Virus record (IMG/VR): IMGVR_UViG_3300002898_001527
DNA length: 64,000 bases
Source of the DNA: a virus
Reading direction: 5' to 3' (one strand)
The notes beneath the pieces were generated by a model. It did no database searches. It had not been told where the DNA came from and saw nothing but the letters and a program-made list of their open reading frames with translations. Position 1 is the first letter of the stretch. The number at the start of each line of letters is the position of its first letter. Of the stretch, positions 49,010-58,350 are shown piece by piece. Position numbers and translations under genes: made by a program.

Positions 49010-50185
49010 ATGGCAATAACAGTTCAACAAATTAATCTAGATAAAAACATATGGGCCGTAAATACTGGGCAACATATTGCGCAAGCAATTATACCAGATT
49101 TACAGGAATTCTTCGGGAATATCCAGACAGGAGGAAGTCCGCCAACGTTGCCAGGAACAATACCTGTAAATTCAATAACATGGGATATAAATACACAGGC
49201 AACACCGGCATCTGGATTTTTAGGACGCAGTGCAAGCTCAACTGAAACACCATGGCACCAAGTAAGAACAAATGATAACTATGCACTAAATATTAATTAT
49301 CCATATGCTACACTAAATATTAGTGGCCCAGCATTGCTTTTTTATGATGATAATAATAACTTATTTCCAGATATTCGATGGCTAAATGCAATCTATATCC
49401 AAATTGCACAAGCAATGGGAAGCTATCGAGAAAGTAAATTCGCAAGCAATATGCATGGATATGGGACCCCATATGCAAATGCAAAAGTAGTCTTAGAAAA
49501 ACTATCGCTTAATTTAACATTTGATGGAATTTCGTGGTCAATGGAATTTAAAATATGGGGAAAAAATGCTGCCGAATATATAATGAATAGCATGAATAAA
49601 GATATTAATATGGCAACAGTACATGCAAGAAAAGCCCAATGGTATAATTTTAAAATCAATTTACTTGATAATCTACTGGGAGATCCATTGCTTGAAAACG
49701 AAGAATCACTGGGTTATTCAATTCTACCAACAAAATTATCAATTACATGGGACTTCCAAAAAGAAGAGAAATGGGCACTAAATTCAACAGTCGCACCTTT
49801 TGATGCCAATGAATCAAATATTTCATATAAATATGAAAATGATCCACCAATTACACTTTACCAAAAACTAATTACAAAAATAGATATAGATGGATATATT
49901 AATCCATGGAAATCAAACTCAAATAGCCTGAAAGATGCACAAGATATAGCAAAAATTATTGCACAAATGGGCCCACATAATGAAAAATCACTACATAGTC
50001 TTAATAAAATACAAATTCTATTTCATGGGACCAATATTTTGAATTTAGTTATGCCAATAGTCAATTCAGATCAAAAAAGTTATCCATATGTGAATTTTAA
50101 TACAGTTAATATTTCTCCGGAAACAAATGGCGTTGTTACTGCTAGGCTTAATGGAATAGTTGTTCACCCATTTTTATTCAAATAA
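49010..50185 (+). CDS. Tail-tube-like paralog 2
   Basis: Blocks TLNISGPALL, VLEKLSLNL and ARKAQWYNF. Confidence 0.5.
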   Translation: MAITVQQINLDKNIWAVNTGQHIAQAIIPDLQEFFGNIQTGGSPPTLPGTIPVNSITWDINTQATPASGFLGRSASSTETPWHQVRTNDNYALNINYPYATLNISGPALLFYDDNNNLFPDIRWLNAIYIQIAQAMGSYRESKFASNMHGYGTPYANAKVVLEKLSLNLTFDGISWSMEFKIWGKNAAEYIMNSMNKDINMATVHARKAQWYNFKINLLDNLLGDPLLENEESLGYSILPTKLSITWDFQKEEKWALNSTVAPFDANESNISYKYENDPPITLYQKLITKIDIDGYINPWKSNSNSLKDAQDIAKIIAQMGPHNEKSLHSLNKIQILFHGTNILNLVMPIVNSDQKSYPYVNFNTVNISPETNGVVTARLNGIVVHPFLFK

Positions 50186-50213
50186 AAGGTTTTTTTGAAT
50201 TTATTGTGAATAT
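50185..50213 (+). promoter_or_regulatory. SigH-type promoter
   Basis: AAAGGTTTT-N11-TGTGAATAT upstream of the adaptor gene. Confidence 0.6.
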
Positions 50214-50245
50214 TAAAATAGAATTTTGCTTAAAAAGGAAGAAAA

Positions 50246-50728
50246 ATGTCTTATTGTACATCTACAGACGTCCGAAGACTTTTACCCGATGCAGTGGTCA
50301 TCGAAGGCGAAAATACAACTCCTAGTATTACCAATCCACGACCAGAATCAATTAAAATAGTCGAAATCGATTGGTATATCGAACAAGCAGATTCTATTAT
50401 TAATGCAAAATTAGCAGCAATTTATGATATCCCATTAAGAAAAAGCAATATAGGTGGATTAATTAAGTACCCGGATCCAATTCCATGGACATCCGCAGCA
50501 CTAACAACATATTTAATTATGACCCAGAGACTTTCCGCTGGAGATCGTGCAGAATCATCAAAATATGTTATAGATTTATATACAAGAGCACAAGAAGTAT
50601 TAGATCATGTCCTGAATGGTAATATTAGATTAATGAATCAAAATAGCTATACAAGTCATAGAACAGTTAAATCAGATTTGTTTAGCATTCCTCCAGGGGT
50701 CTCAAAAGAACAATCACAAACTAAGTAA
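50246..50728 (+). CDS. Head-tail adaptor, Mu gp36/DUF1320-like
   Basis: MSYCT..DV....P, IEQADSIINAKLAAIYDIPL and Y.RA...L..V..G.I.L pattern. Confidence 0.75.
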   Translation: MSYCTSTDVRRLLPDAVVIEGENTTPSITNPRPESIKIVEIDWYIEQADSIINAKLAAIYDIPLRKSNIGGLIKYPDPIPWTSAALTTYLIMTQRLSAGDRAESSKYVIDLYTRAQEVLDHVLNGNIRLMNQNSYTSHRTVKSDLFSIPPGVSKEQSQTK

Positions 50729-50756
50729 TGAACCCAAGGATTTACTTTGTAGTTTA

Positions 50757-51479
50757 TCACAATTCATTTTTAATACAATGCAGTGCATTATTAAGGCTAG
50801 TGCCTTCATAAATGCATTCATCTTCCACAATGGCTCCAATAATACTTCCGTAATTTTTATCATTTTTATCTACATTGCGTTTAAATCGAACTTTATTGCT
50901 TGGAAAGAAAATATAAATTTTAAATGGCATAGTATCTAAATCATAAGTATCTACTCCAGTAGTTAACCTTAATACCTCGTCTTCATCGGAGACTATAGAA
51001 ATAGTCAATGGTTTTTTCTTGTCTTCTAAATATATTTCCCAAATATAATTATGATATTCTTCATCACTGGGGCGAAAAGTTTTCTTAACATTTTTAAGTT
51101 TTTTCAGGCATTGTTTGAAAAGTAGAGTCCCAACATTGTCCTCTAAGGTGCCTTTACGATAATGTCCTAATTTATCCCAGTCAATCTCAAGAGTAAAAGA
51201 AATAGTATTTTCCTGTGCTCCCTTGTTATATATATTTCTAGATTTATTATTAGATAAAATACTATGTGCTTTTACAACTAGTTTAAAAATTTCTTCTTTT
51301 TCTTCTCTAGAGATGGTCTCTTTGCTCCATTGTGAATCCGGATGCCATCTAGCAGCAGCTTTAATATATGCACTATGTACTAATTTTGAATTATATTGCT
51401 TATCTGCTAAAGTATCTCCCTGCCTAAAATCACTCTCTTTTAAATTCAAAATTTCATAATAATTTACTTCCTTAGTCAT
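50757..51479 (-). CDS. J-domain protein with unknown C-terminal domain
   Basis: NYYEILNL...AY.KAAARWHPD...FKLVVKAHSILS....R..Y. Confidence 0.85.
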   Translation of the reverse strand: MTKEVNYYEILNLKESDFRQGDTLADKQYNSKLVHSAYIKAAARWHPDSQWSKETISREEKEEIFKLVVKAHSILSNNKSRNIYNKGAQENTISFTLEIDWDKLGHYRKGTLEDNVGTLLFKQCLKKLKNVKKTFRPSDEEYHNYIWEIYLEDKKKPLTISIVSDEDEVLRLTTGVDTYDLDTMPFKIYIFFPSNKVRFKRNVDKNDKNYGSIIGAIVEDECIYEGTSLNNALHCIKNEL

Positions 51480-51488
51480 AATTCCTCG

Positions 51489-51737
51489 CTATTCCGATTC
51501 ATATGTGTATCTCTTAATGAATCTCAATCTTGCCTCAAAATTATTTCTTCCTTTTTTTTCTGCTTCTTTTAAAATTTCTAGAATAAAACCATCGGCCAAT
51601 TCTATATCATAATTTTGTTCGATTTCATCTTTCTTTTTCATTGCTGCTACTAATAAAATTGAGTCCATTGCCTCGTCTTGCAAAGAAGAATTGGTAATCC
51701 TATTATTTAATTCAGCCCATGGTGTAGAAATTCGCAT
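51489..51737 (-). CDS. Small hypothetical protein
   Basis: Likely ATG 51737 (MRISTPW) with GGAGG. The longer track call overlaps the divergent gene. Confidence 0.6.
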   Translation of the reverse strand: MRISTPWAELNNRITNSSLQDEAMDSILLVAAMKKKDEIEQNYDIELADGFILEILKEAEKKGRNNFEARLRFIKRYTYESE

Positions 51738-51888
51738 ATACTTCCTCCAGTTCTCAATAATAATATATCTTATGTTCTTAATTAAAAATAACAATCCCTC
51801 TAGAAAACTTCGAAAAGGACTTGTTTTTCTCCATAAGATCAGATATAATAAGACTGCAAGTTTAATTCGCAAAGAAAGAAGGTAAACC

Positions 51889-52383
51889 ATGGCTAGAAAA
51901 AAAAGAGTTTTCGTTGAATGCACTGAAATGGAGAAAATTGCATGTGAATTGCTTAAAAAATATCAAGGAACATTTTTTGGCCTAGTTGATCCAGATACAA
52001 TTAAATTCGCATTAATTGTATCTGAGAAGGCCAAAAATGCAAAAAGCATTGTAGCTGAAGAAAATCCAAAAGACTGGACTCAGGAAGCAACCCGTTTGGC
52101 TGCGCTTGTAGCTGTCTATGAAGAAGATTGGGAAACTTGGAGCAGCAGTCGAAAAGAGTGGGAAATTATGGAAGCCCTCCAGACTCTTCCACTGGGGCCA
52201 GATGGAGAAAAATATAAGCCAGATGTTCTAGAATATGCATGGAGAATTGATGCCATCGGTACTTATTGGCGTGAAAAAAATGACAAAGGGCAAGATTTGC
52301 CATCTCTCATTAACTTCGATAAAAGCCAAATAGCCGTAGAAAATAAAGGTTCATCTGAAGAAGAAATTGAATTTCCAGATTAA
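51889..52383 (+). CDS. Phage metallopeptidase-like protein lacking HExxH
   Basis: Pattern IA.ELL..Y...I.F...W..WS...K....(MEALQT)...KPDV.EY...I...G.W of the putative phage metallopeptidase family. Confidence 0.5.
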   Translation: MARKKRVFVECTEMEKIACELLKKYQGTFFGLVDPDTIKFALIVSEKAKNAKSIVAEENPKDWTQEATRLAALVAVYEEDWETWSSSRKEWEIMEALQTLPLGPDGEKYKPDVLEYAWRIDAIGTYWREKNDKGQDLPSLINFDKSQIAVENKGSSEEEIEFPD

Positions 52384-52555
52384 TTTAATGATATAATAAG
52401 AAACTATAGTCAAAAAGAGGTTGCATTTACGACCTCAATGAATCGGGAAGCTTCGGGGATTGCCCGAGATTTATTATTTTAAAAGCGAAGGCCAAACATT
52501 GGCGCAACTTGAAAAGGAGATAGTTTGTTTCCCTCGCTCTTCACTGGAGGAGCCA

Positions 52556-53167
52556 ATGCCGAAAAAAGATACAATTATGTCCCTTGTTAGAAAAGTAAGA
52601 AATGGTGACAATGTAGCTTTTGATTTATTATTAGAAATACTTGAACCTAAAATTAGAGGACAATGTAAAAAGTTTTATCTCCCGGGCGGAGATAATGAAG
52701 ATATTATGCAGGAAGCACGGATAGGACTATATAAAGCAATTCAAGATTACGATAGTGCAACATTTGGTACTAATTTTGAGAATTTTGCAATAAGCATCTG
52801 CATAAGAAGAAGATTAATTACAATTATTTCTTCGGCACAAAGGGGAAAAGCAGAACCACTAAATAAGAGCTATTCATTAGATACTCCTATTATATCAGAT
52901 AAAGATGGAGTCTCAGAACAAACAATTGGAGATTTAGTCGTAGATGAAAATGCAGAACCAGCAAGGCACTTAATTGAACAAGAAGAATTCTTGCTTATTA
53001 AAAATGCTCTCTATTCTAAATTAACAGACTTAGAGGCAAAAGTGCTACAAGAATATGAACTAGAAAGCAGCTACAAGGAGATTGCAGAAACACTTGACAT
53101 CTCTGAGAAATGCGTAGATAATAGCCTTATGCGAATCCGCAAAAAAGCAAAAGAATGCGACATTTAA
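52556..53167 (+). CDS. sigH: SigH (Spo0H)-like sigma factor
   Basis: FYLPGGDNEDIMQEARIGLYKAIQDY, F.NFA..CI.RRLIT.I..A.R.K..PLN...SLD.PI, LTDLE.KVL and SYKEIA..L....K.VDN.L.RI.KK. SD GGAGGAG precedes ATG 52556 (the track starts at 52460). Confidence 0.88.
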   Translation: MPKKDTIMSLVRKVRNGDNVAFDLLLEILEPKIRGQCKKFYLPGGDNEDIMQEARIGLYKAIQDYDSATFGTNFENFAISICIRRRLITIISSAQRGKAEPLNKSYSLDTPIISDKDGVSEQTIGDLVVDENAEPARHLIEQEEFLLIKNALYSKLTDLEAKVLQEYELESSYKEIAETLDISEKCVDNSLMRIRKKAKECDI

Positions 53168-53181
53168 AGGCGTGAAGAAAA

Positions 53182-53982
53182 TTGTCAAACAGCGGAAGAG
53201 AAATTGATGCCAAACACATGCAAAATGCATTATCTAGCACCGAATATACCGAAGAACATCTTAATTTCCTAAAAAATAGGCCACTATCAAAAGAGACACT
53301 AGAAGTATGGAAAATAGGATTTTGCCCGCTACAATGGAGATATAAGGGATTCCCATACATCCGAGGAAGAATTATTACACCCATCTTCGACATATATGAC
53401 AACATTATTTCATTCGCCGGAAGAAAACTCGAAACACTAGAAGAACAAGCATATAATATTTTTACGGAAGAATTCGGGCCCAGCAAGGGAAGCGATATTT
53501 TTAGAACATGGGACCGTTCTAAATGGATAAATGAACCATATGATAAACATAAGCATTTATATGGCTTAAATATAAATAAAGAAAATATTCTAAAAACTGG
53601 ATATGCAATCATAGTAGAAGGCAATTTCTCCGTGGTAACCCTATGGGACAACGATGTTAAAAATGTAGTCGCAACATGCGGGACTTCATTAAATATTATT
53701 CAAGTATGTCTCCTACGTAGATATACGAAAAATTTAGTTATTTTAACAGACGGAGACGAAGCAGGACAAAAAGCCGCAGATAGATATAAATTCTTATTAA
53801 ATGACTACAGCGAGGATATAAATATCCTCAAAATTACAATGCCAGATGGCTACGACCCAGAAGACTATGTAAGAAAATTCGGAGGAACAAGAATTAAATA
53901 TACAATTAATCAAGCAATAGAAAATAATTTGAAAGAAACACATCTCTCAGTCATCCCCAATGAATTCATTAAAATAAGCTAA
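53182..53982 (+). CDS. DnaG-type primase catalytic core (TOPRIM), no Zn-binding domain
   Basis: RGRIITPIFD...II.FAGR, KWIN, LYGLN, IIVEG, VATCGTSL, LTDGDEAG and DPEDYV. Confidence 0.88.
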   Translation: MSNSGREIDAKHMQNALSSTEYTEEHLNFLKNRPLSKETLEVWKIGFCPLQWRYKGFPYIRGRIITPIFDIYDNIISFAGRKLETLEEQAYNIFTEEFGPSKGSDIFRTWDRSKWINEPYDKHKHLYGLNINKENILKTGYAIIVEGNFSVVTLWDNDVKNVVATCGTSLNIIQVCLLRRYTKNLVILTDGDEAGQKAADRYKFLLNDYSEDINILKITMPDGYDPEDYVRKFGGTRIKYTINQAIENNLKETHLSVIPNEFIKIS

Positions 53983-53992
53983 GGAGTTTTTC

Positions 53993-55054
53993 ATGGCAAG
54001 CAATATGGCAATTAATAAAATTCATGAATATTTAATCGATCAAGCAAATAAAAATGATAGGGACTATTCATATTGGCATCCATCGGCAGTCGGAGGATGC
54101 CCAAGAGAACTCGCATTAAGAAAAAATAATGTTCCAGTAACTAATCCCAATCATGATTTTAGAGCACTCTCTGTGTTTGATAATGGACATTATTTACACA
54201 ATCGATATCAGACCTATTTTCGAAAAATAGGAATTTTAGCAACAGACGTCGTTCGAGAAATAGATTATGAATACGTAAGCAAAATAACAGGCAAAACAAC
54301 AAAAATCCTAGTTAAATGCGAAAGCGGAATGAGCTATCCATTCAGTAAAAAAGCTCATATTTGGGTCAAGGGGAAAGATAAAGAACCCAATCCATGGACG
54401 AGAATTAAAGATTTACAAATTGGAGATGAATTTTATTTAGCAGAAGTTCCATTTGAATATGAGAAATGGCATATGAGTGGATCAATTGATGCTATTTTAA
54501 AATTCGATGATAAACTATATGTCAATGATATTAAAAGTATCAATAAAAGAGGATTTAGATATTTATTTTTTGATAAGGATAAACATGGGGAAAGAAATTT
54601 CCCACAAGATAGACTTTGTCATATATGTAATGAAAAACTATACGGTATAACTGCGAACATGGACAATCACTTAGCCAAATATCATCCAGAAGAAGCTAAA
54701 GCACAAGAAGAACACATAGTTCAGGTTAATACATATATGTATGTTATGTGTAAACTTGGTTTACCTATCGAAGCGGGCACAGTACTATATGAAAATAAAG
54801 ACACACAGACAGTCGTAGAAGTAAATGTAGAAAAAAATAAGCAAATAGTTAAAGAAATTGGACGACTATGCATAAATTTATGGAAAATTGTTCACGAAGA
54901 AGGCAAGACACCAAGCATTCCTAAAGAGTATACTTCTGACGGTTTTCCATGTGCTTTCTGCGACTATAAAGACCATTGCTGGGGAATTCCAAAGGCTAAA
55001 AGCTGCGAAGAAACTAGTCCATGGAAGACAGAGATCAAAAGATATACCTGGTAA
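53993..55054 (+). CDS. Cas4-like PD-(D/E)XK exonuclease with Fe-S cluster Cys
   Basis: HPSAVGGCPR, G..LH..Y, SGSIDA, DIKS, QVNTY, YENK and CAFCDYKDHCW. Confidence 0.85.
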   Translation: MASNMAINKIHEYLIDQANKNDRDYSYWHPSAVGGCPRELALRKNNVPVTNPNHDFRALSVFDNGHYLHNRYQTYFRKIGILATDVVREIDYEYVSKITGKTTKILVKCESGMSYPFSKKAHIWVKGKDKEPNPWTRIKDLQIGDEFYLAEVPFEYEKWHMSGSIDAILKFDDKLYVNDIKSINKRGFRYLFFDKDKHGERNFPQDRLCHICNEKLYGITANMDNHLAKYHPEEAKAQEEHIVQVNTYMYVMCKLGLPIEAGTVLYENKDTQTVVEVNVEKNKQIVKEIGRLCINLWKIVHEEGKTPSIPKEYTSDGFPCAFCDYKDHCWGIPKAKSCEETSPWKTEIKRYTW

Positions 55055-55056
55055 CT

Positions 55057-56025
55057 CTACTGAAGATCGGGAAAAATCATATTAACCGGTTTATTTTTAT
55101 AAATCATTGCGCCCCTGAATGTTGCAATAAATTCAGTTTTCTTTCTTAAAATGCCAACGGAGAGTGGTTGTTCTTCGAGTTTATATAGTGGGTCTCTAAT
55201 TATTCCCATAATATCAGCAATTCTTATTCTAATCATATCTCCATGAGCATATCCACCATGATTCCATTTTTCTATCTCATTCTCGTTCCCCCAATCACAG
55301 GCTCTTTTAAGTTCTTCCCAAGAGCCTGTGATTTTTGTTGACTTAGAAAGAACTATGTAATGCGCATAATCCCTGGACATCTCCGGCGATCCCGGTATAA
55401 AATAAATTAACTCCATTGGATTTTCCCACTCCATGGAGAAATTAGTAATGTCCTTCAAAAAAACAGTATCATCTAGTCTCGTTATTACACAATCTGCAAA
55501 AGAACAATGCCTAGACATTAAATCTTGATAAGGAACATCGAAATCATAATCATTAATTAATGAATCATTTTTCTCAGGCAATGCATAAAAACTTAATTCC
55601 AAATTAACATTCGAATTTCTATCAATGTTTAATGATAATTTGCTAATTGCAGCACATTCAAATGTTAATCTTCTATGCAAACTAGTATCCCATTTTTCCT
55701 GATAAAGAAGTGCGGTCCTTTCCGCCCCCATAACACCAAAATTCATAGCTAATTTAAAATCATTAAGAGGATTATCAGCCAATGAAATGATTTTCTTGCA
55801 TGCTTCTGCAACCTCACCTTCTTTATTTAAATAAAGAGGAATAGACAAATTGCCCTGAATTGTCTTCTTTTCCTTCGCATAAACATGGGAACGAATTCCA
55901 CCCTGTGTTAAATCAATAATTTCCATTTCTTGAATAGGAAAAACATTTGATGTAGATTTAACAATCAATGGCAAATCATTAATATAAATTATTCTAAGAT
56001 GGCCAGAATCTACATTCCCCAACAT
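55057..56025 (-). CDS. Tail-tube-like paralog 3
   Basis: Blocks IQGNLSIPLYL, AISKLSLNID, MSRHCSFADC and ITNFSMEWEN. Confidence 0.5.
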   Translation of the reverse strand: MLGNVDSGHLRIIYINDLPLIVKSTSNVFPIQEMEIIDLTQGGIRSHVYAKEKKTIQGNLSIPLYLNKEGEVAEACKKIISLADNPLNDFKLAMNFGVMGAERTALLYQEKWDTSLHRRLTFECAAISKLSLNIDRNSNVNLELSFYALPEKNDSLINDYDFDVPYQDLMSRHCSFADCVITRLDDTVFLKDITNFSMEWENPMELIYFIPGSPEMSRDYAHYIVLSKSTKITGSWEELKRACDWGNENEIEKWNHGGYAHGDMIRIRIADIMGIIRDPLYKLEEQPLSVGILRKKTEFIATFRGAMIYKNKPVNMIFPDLQ

Positions 56026-56128
56026 AATTTATTATCCTTTTTGCAGGTAATAAAAGTATAAAATATGAAATATATATTGAAATTATTATATTTGCGTTGA
56101 AAATTACCTCTAACTTAAAGGAACAAAT

Positions 56129-56602
56129 ATGGACAAAAATCAGATCGATCTAATAAAAGCGCGAATAGAAACCTCACAAAAAGTACACGAAGAAATGACG
56201 CATAAAATTAGTGAATTTATACATCAACTTGATAATATATATAATCAAATGAATAATTCAATGATTATATATAAAAATGATCTTGGTAAAGAACATATAG
56301 AAATTATGCAAGAGCAAGCTAAATTATATCATGACATTAAGGACTATTTAGAAAAAATGCTCAAAGAAGAATTGGATAATAATTTTTATAATAAGTCAGG
56401 CAAATTCTTCTTTGCACAAGAAAACGCACTAAATATTCAAAAAATTAGAGAAGATATTCAATATATTAAAGAAGAAGCCAAAACCTTATCTGAACAATGG
56501 AGAAAAAGTGGAATAATAATTACTGCAGTAGGTGGTTTTTTGGGACTAGTCGCAAATATCACAGCCGTCTTAGCAATCTTTAAAATATTTCTTAACTTTT
56601 AG
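56129..56602 (+). CDS. Coiled-coil protein with C-terminal TM helix (possible holin/lysis accessory)
   Basis: Helical N-terminus followed by GIIITAVGGFLGLVANITAVLAIFKIFL. Confidence 0.5.
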   Translation: MDKNQIDLIKARIETSQKVHEEMTHKISEFIHQLDNIYNQMNNSMIIYKNDLGKEHIEIMQEQAKLYHDIKDYLEKMLKEELDNNFYNKSGKFFFAQENALNIQKIREDIQYIKEEAKTLSEQWRKSGIIITAVGGFLGLVANITAVLAIFKIFLNF

Positions 56603-56610
56603 GCAAAAAT

Positions 56611-57027
56611 ATGAACATTAAATCATCAACATTATCTAGCCTTTATCCAAGCTACATAAGCATTCAAACTAAAATAAATAAAATTGTAAGCGAAAAAATA
56701 AACGACTTTAAAATAATATATACATATACAATTTTTGATAAAAAACAGGAAATAACAACTTTAATTAATAATATGCTCGACGAAAAACCACTTTTGCTTA
56801 TTGTTCATGAAAAAATACTGCCAAATCTAAAACTTGATTCTCGATTTATCGAAAATAATAAGGAAATTATAGCTACAAAGGGAATATGGGGATATATAAA
56901 TGGAATCAGGGTCCAGTGTTATAATACAAATTTAAGGCTCAATGAAAGCTTTATTTTTATAATCACGGAAAAACAACAAAATAATGTTGGCATAAGAATT
57001 TTTCATAGGAGTAAAACATGCCACTAA
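56611..57027 (+). CDS. Hypothetical protein, possible stand-alone capsid A-domain-like fragment
   Basis: 138 aa with weak by-eye similarity to MCP residues about 150-240. Confidence 0.45.
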   Translation: MNIKSSTLSSLYPSYISIQTKINKIVSEKINDFKIIYTYTIFDKKQEITTLINNMLDEKPLLLIVHEKILPNLKLDSRFIENNKEIIATKGIWGYINGIRVQCYNTNLRLNESFIFIITEKQQNNVGIRIFHRSKTCH

Positions 57028-58340
57028 TAGGCTATATACCATTTAAGATTTTAGCCTGGGACGCATATGATTGGTCAAATTTATCAGATGATCAAATAAA
57101 TACATTATTTAATTATCAACCAAGTGGTTTTCAAAGCCCAGAGGGACTTGGCAATAAAATCTATATAATTGCAGAGAGTGCTGAAATTTCTGATACCGCA
57201 AACAAAAATATTGAAAAATTGACAATGGGCCATGTCAATCAACCATTTATAAATGCAGGAGAATTTGAAACCACATATACATTGTCTGGACACGCATTGC
57301 TCGTTTCTATGAATCGGCCAGAAGTCTACAATATTTTTAATAACGAAAATTACCAATGGGGAGAAGAAAATCAGGAAGTTAAATATACAATAAGCAATCA
57401 GTTTTTAGCAGATTATTCCTATGAAAATAATATTACATTAATTGATGTCCCTTCTTTAGTTTTATATTTATTAACAGATAAAGTACCAATTGTAAATATG
57501 CCTCGCAATAATTCAGAAACATGGGACATTACAAAGGAAATTAATTTATTATCTCGTTTATTACTTCCGCACGAAAGTTATCATCAATGTGTAATTGATA
57601 AAATCTCATTATCCGTAGATGATAATGGACTAAATGCCACACTATCATGGAAAGGAAAAGCAATTAATCCACCTGCAATTTTGCACTTACCAATATCCAC
57701 ATTAATTGATAAACCCCTTAGGGCAACGAGTGGATATGATTTTATTCTCAAATACTATTGGGAAGAATTCGTGCAAGAAAATGAAAAACTTGGGGAAATT
57801 GTTGGAAAAGAAGTAATTGATGTTACTGCAAAGAATTTTAGCCTTGAATATCAATTCCAATATGATACTCCAAAATGGATATCAAGAAGCCAAGAACCTA
57901 CATATTTTTTACGGCAAATTGATGTTACTTGGTCAATAACTGGAATCTTTGATTTGCTAAGATATCATAGATACCCAGAGAGATTTGACTGGGGACGTTC
58001 ATGGGAACAATATGTAGTCCAAAACGAAGTCATGGGAAAATCTAATTTCTCGAATTTGCCACCAGGCGGAAAAGTTTATTTTAAATGCATGACTGCGACA
58101 AGGGCATATGATTATCTGGCGGGAACAAATAACTTAGAACCAGGACTAAATGCAGGGGAAGTTGAAGAAGAACCAGAAAACTCAGTCGCAATTGCAATTG
58201 AAAAACTTTTTAATGCTTTAATAAGACAATCAACTATCAATATAGGTTATAAAAATGATACCTACTTAAATGCAAATAGGGTCTCACATAAGCCTGGGTT
58301 GTCAGAAATAACATTTAATGGAATAGTAACATTAACTTAG
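57018..58340 (+). CDS. Tail-tube-like paralog 4
   Basis: Blocks YIIAESAEIS, YTLSGHALL, VIDKISLSVDDNG and LRATSGYDF. Confidence 0.5.
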   Translation: MPLIGYIPFKILAWDAYDWSNLSDDQINTLFNYQPSGFQSPEGLGNKIYIIAESAEISDTANKNIEKLTMGHVNQPFINAGEFETTYTLSGHALLVSMNRPEVYNIFNNENYQWGEENQEVKYTISNQFLADYSYENNITLIDVPSLVLYLLTDKVPIVNMPRNNSETWDITKEINLLSRLLLPHESYHQCVIDKISLSVDDNGLNATLSWKGKAINPPAILHLPISTLIDKPLRATSGYDFILKYYWEEFVQENEKLGEIVGKEVIDVTAKNFSLEYQFQYDTPKWISRSQEPTYFLRQIDVTWSITGIFDLLRYHRYPERFDWGRSWEQYVVQNEVMGKSNFSNLPPGGKVYFKCMTATRAYDYLAGTNNLEPGLNAGEVEEEPENSVAIAIEKLFNALIRQSTINIGYKNDTYLNANRVSHKPGLSEITFNGIVTLT

Positions 58341-58350
58341 GGAGCAATGC

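Noticed and set aside
53993..55054. CRISPR-Cas locus
   Set aside because: The Cas4-like gene is solo. No cas1/cas2 or repeat-spacer array was seen, and all tandem repeats lie within coding sequence without unique spacers.
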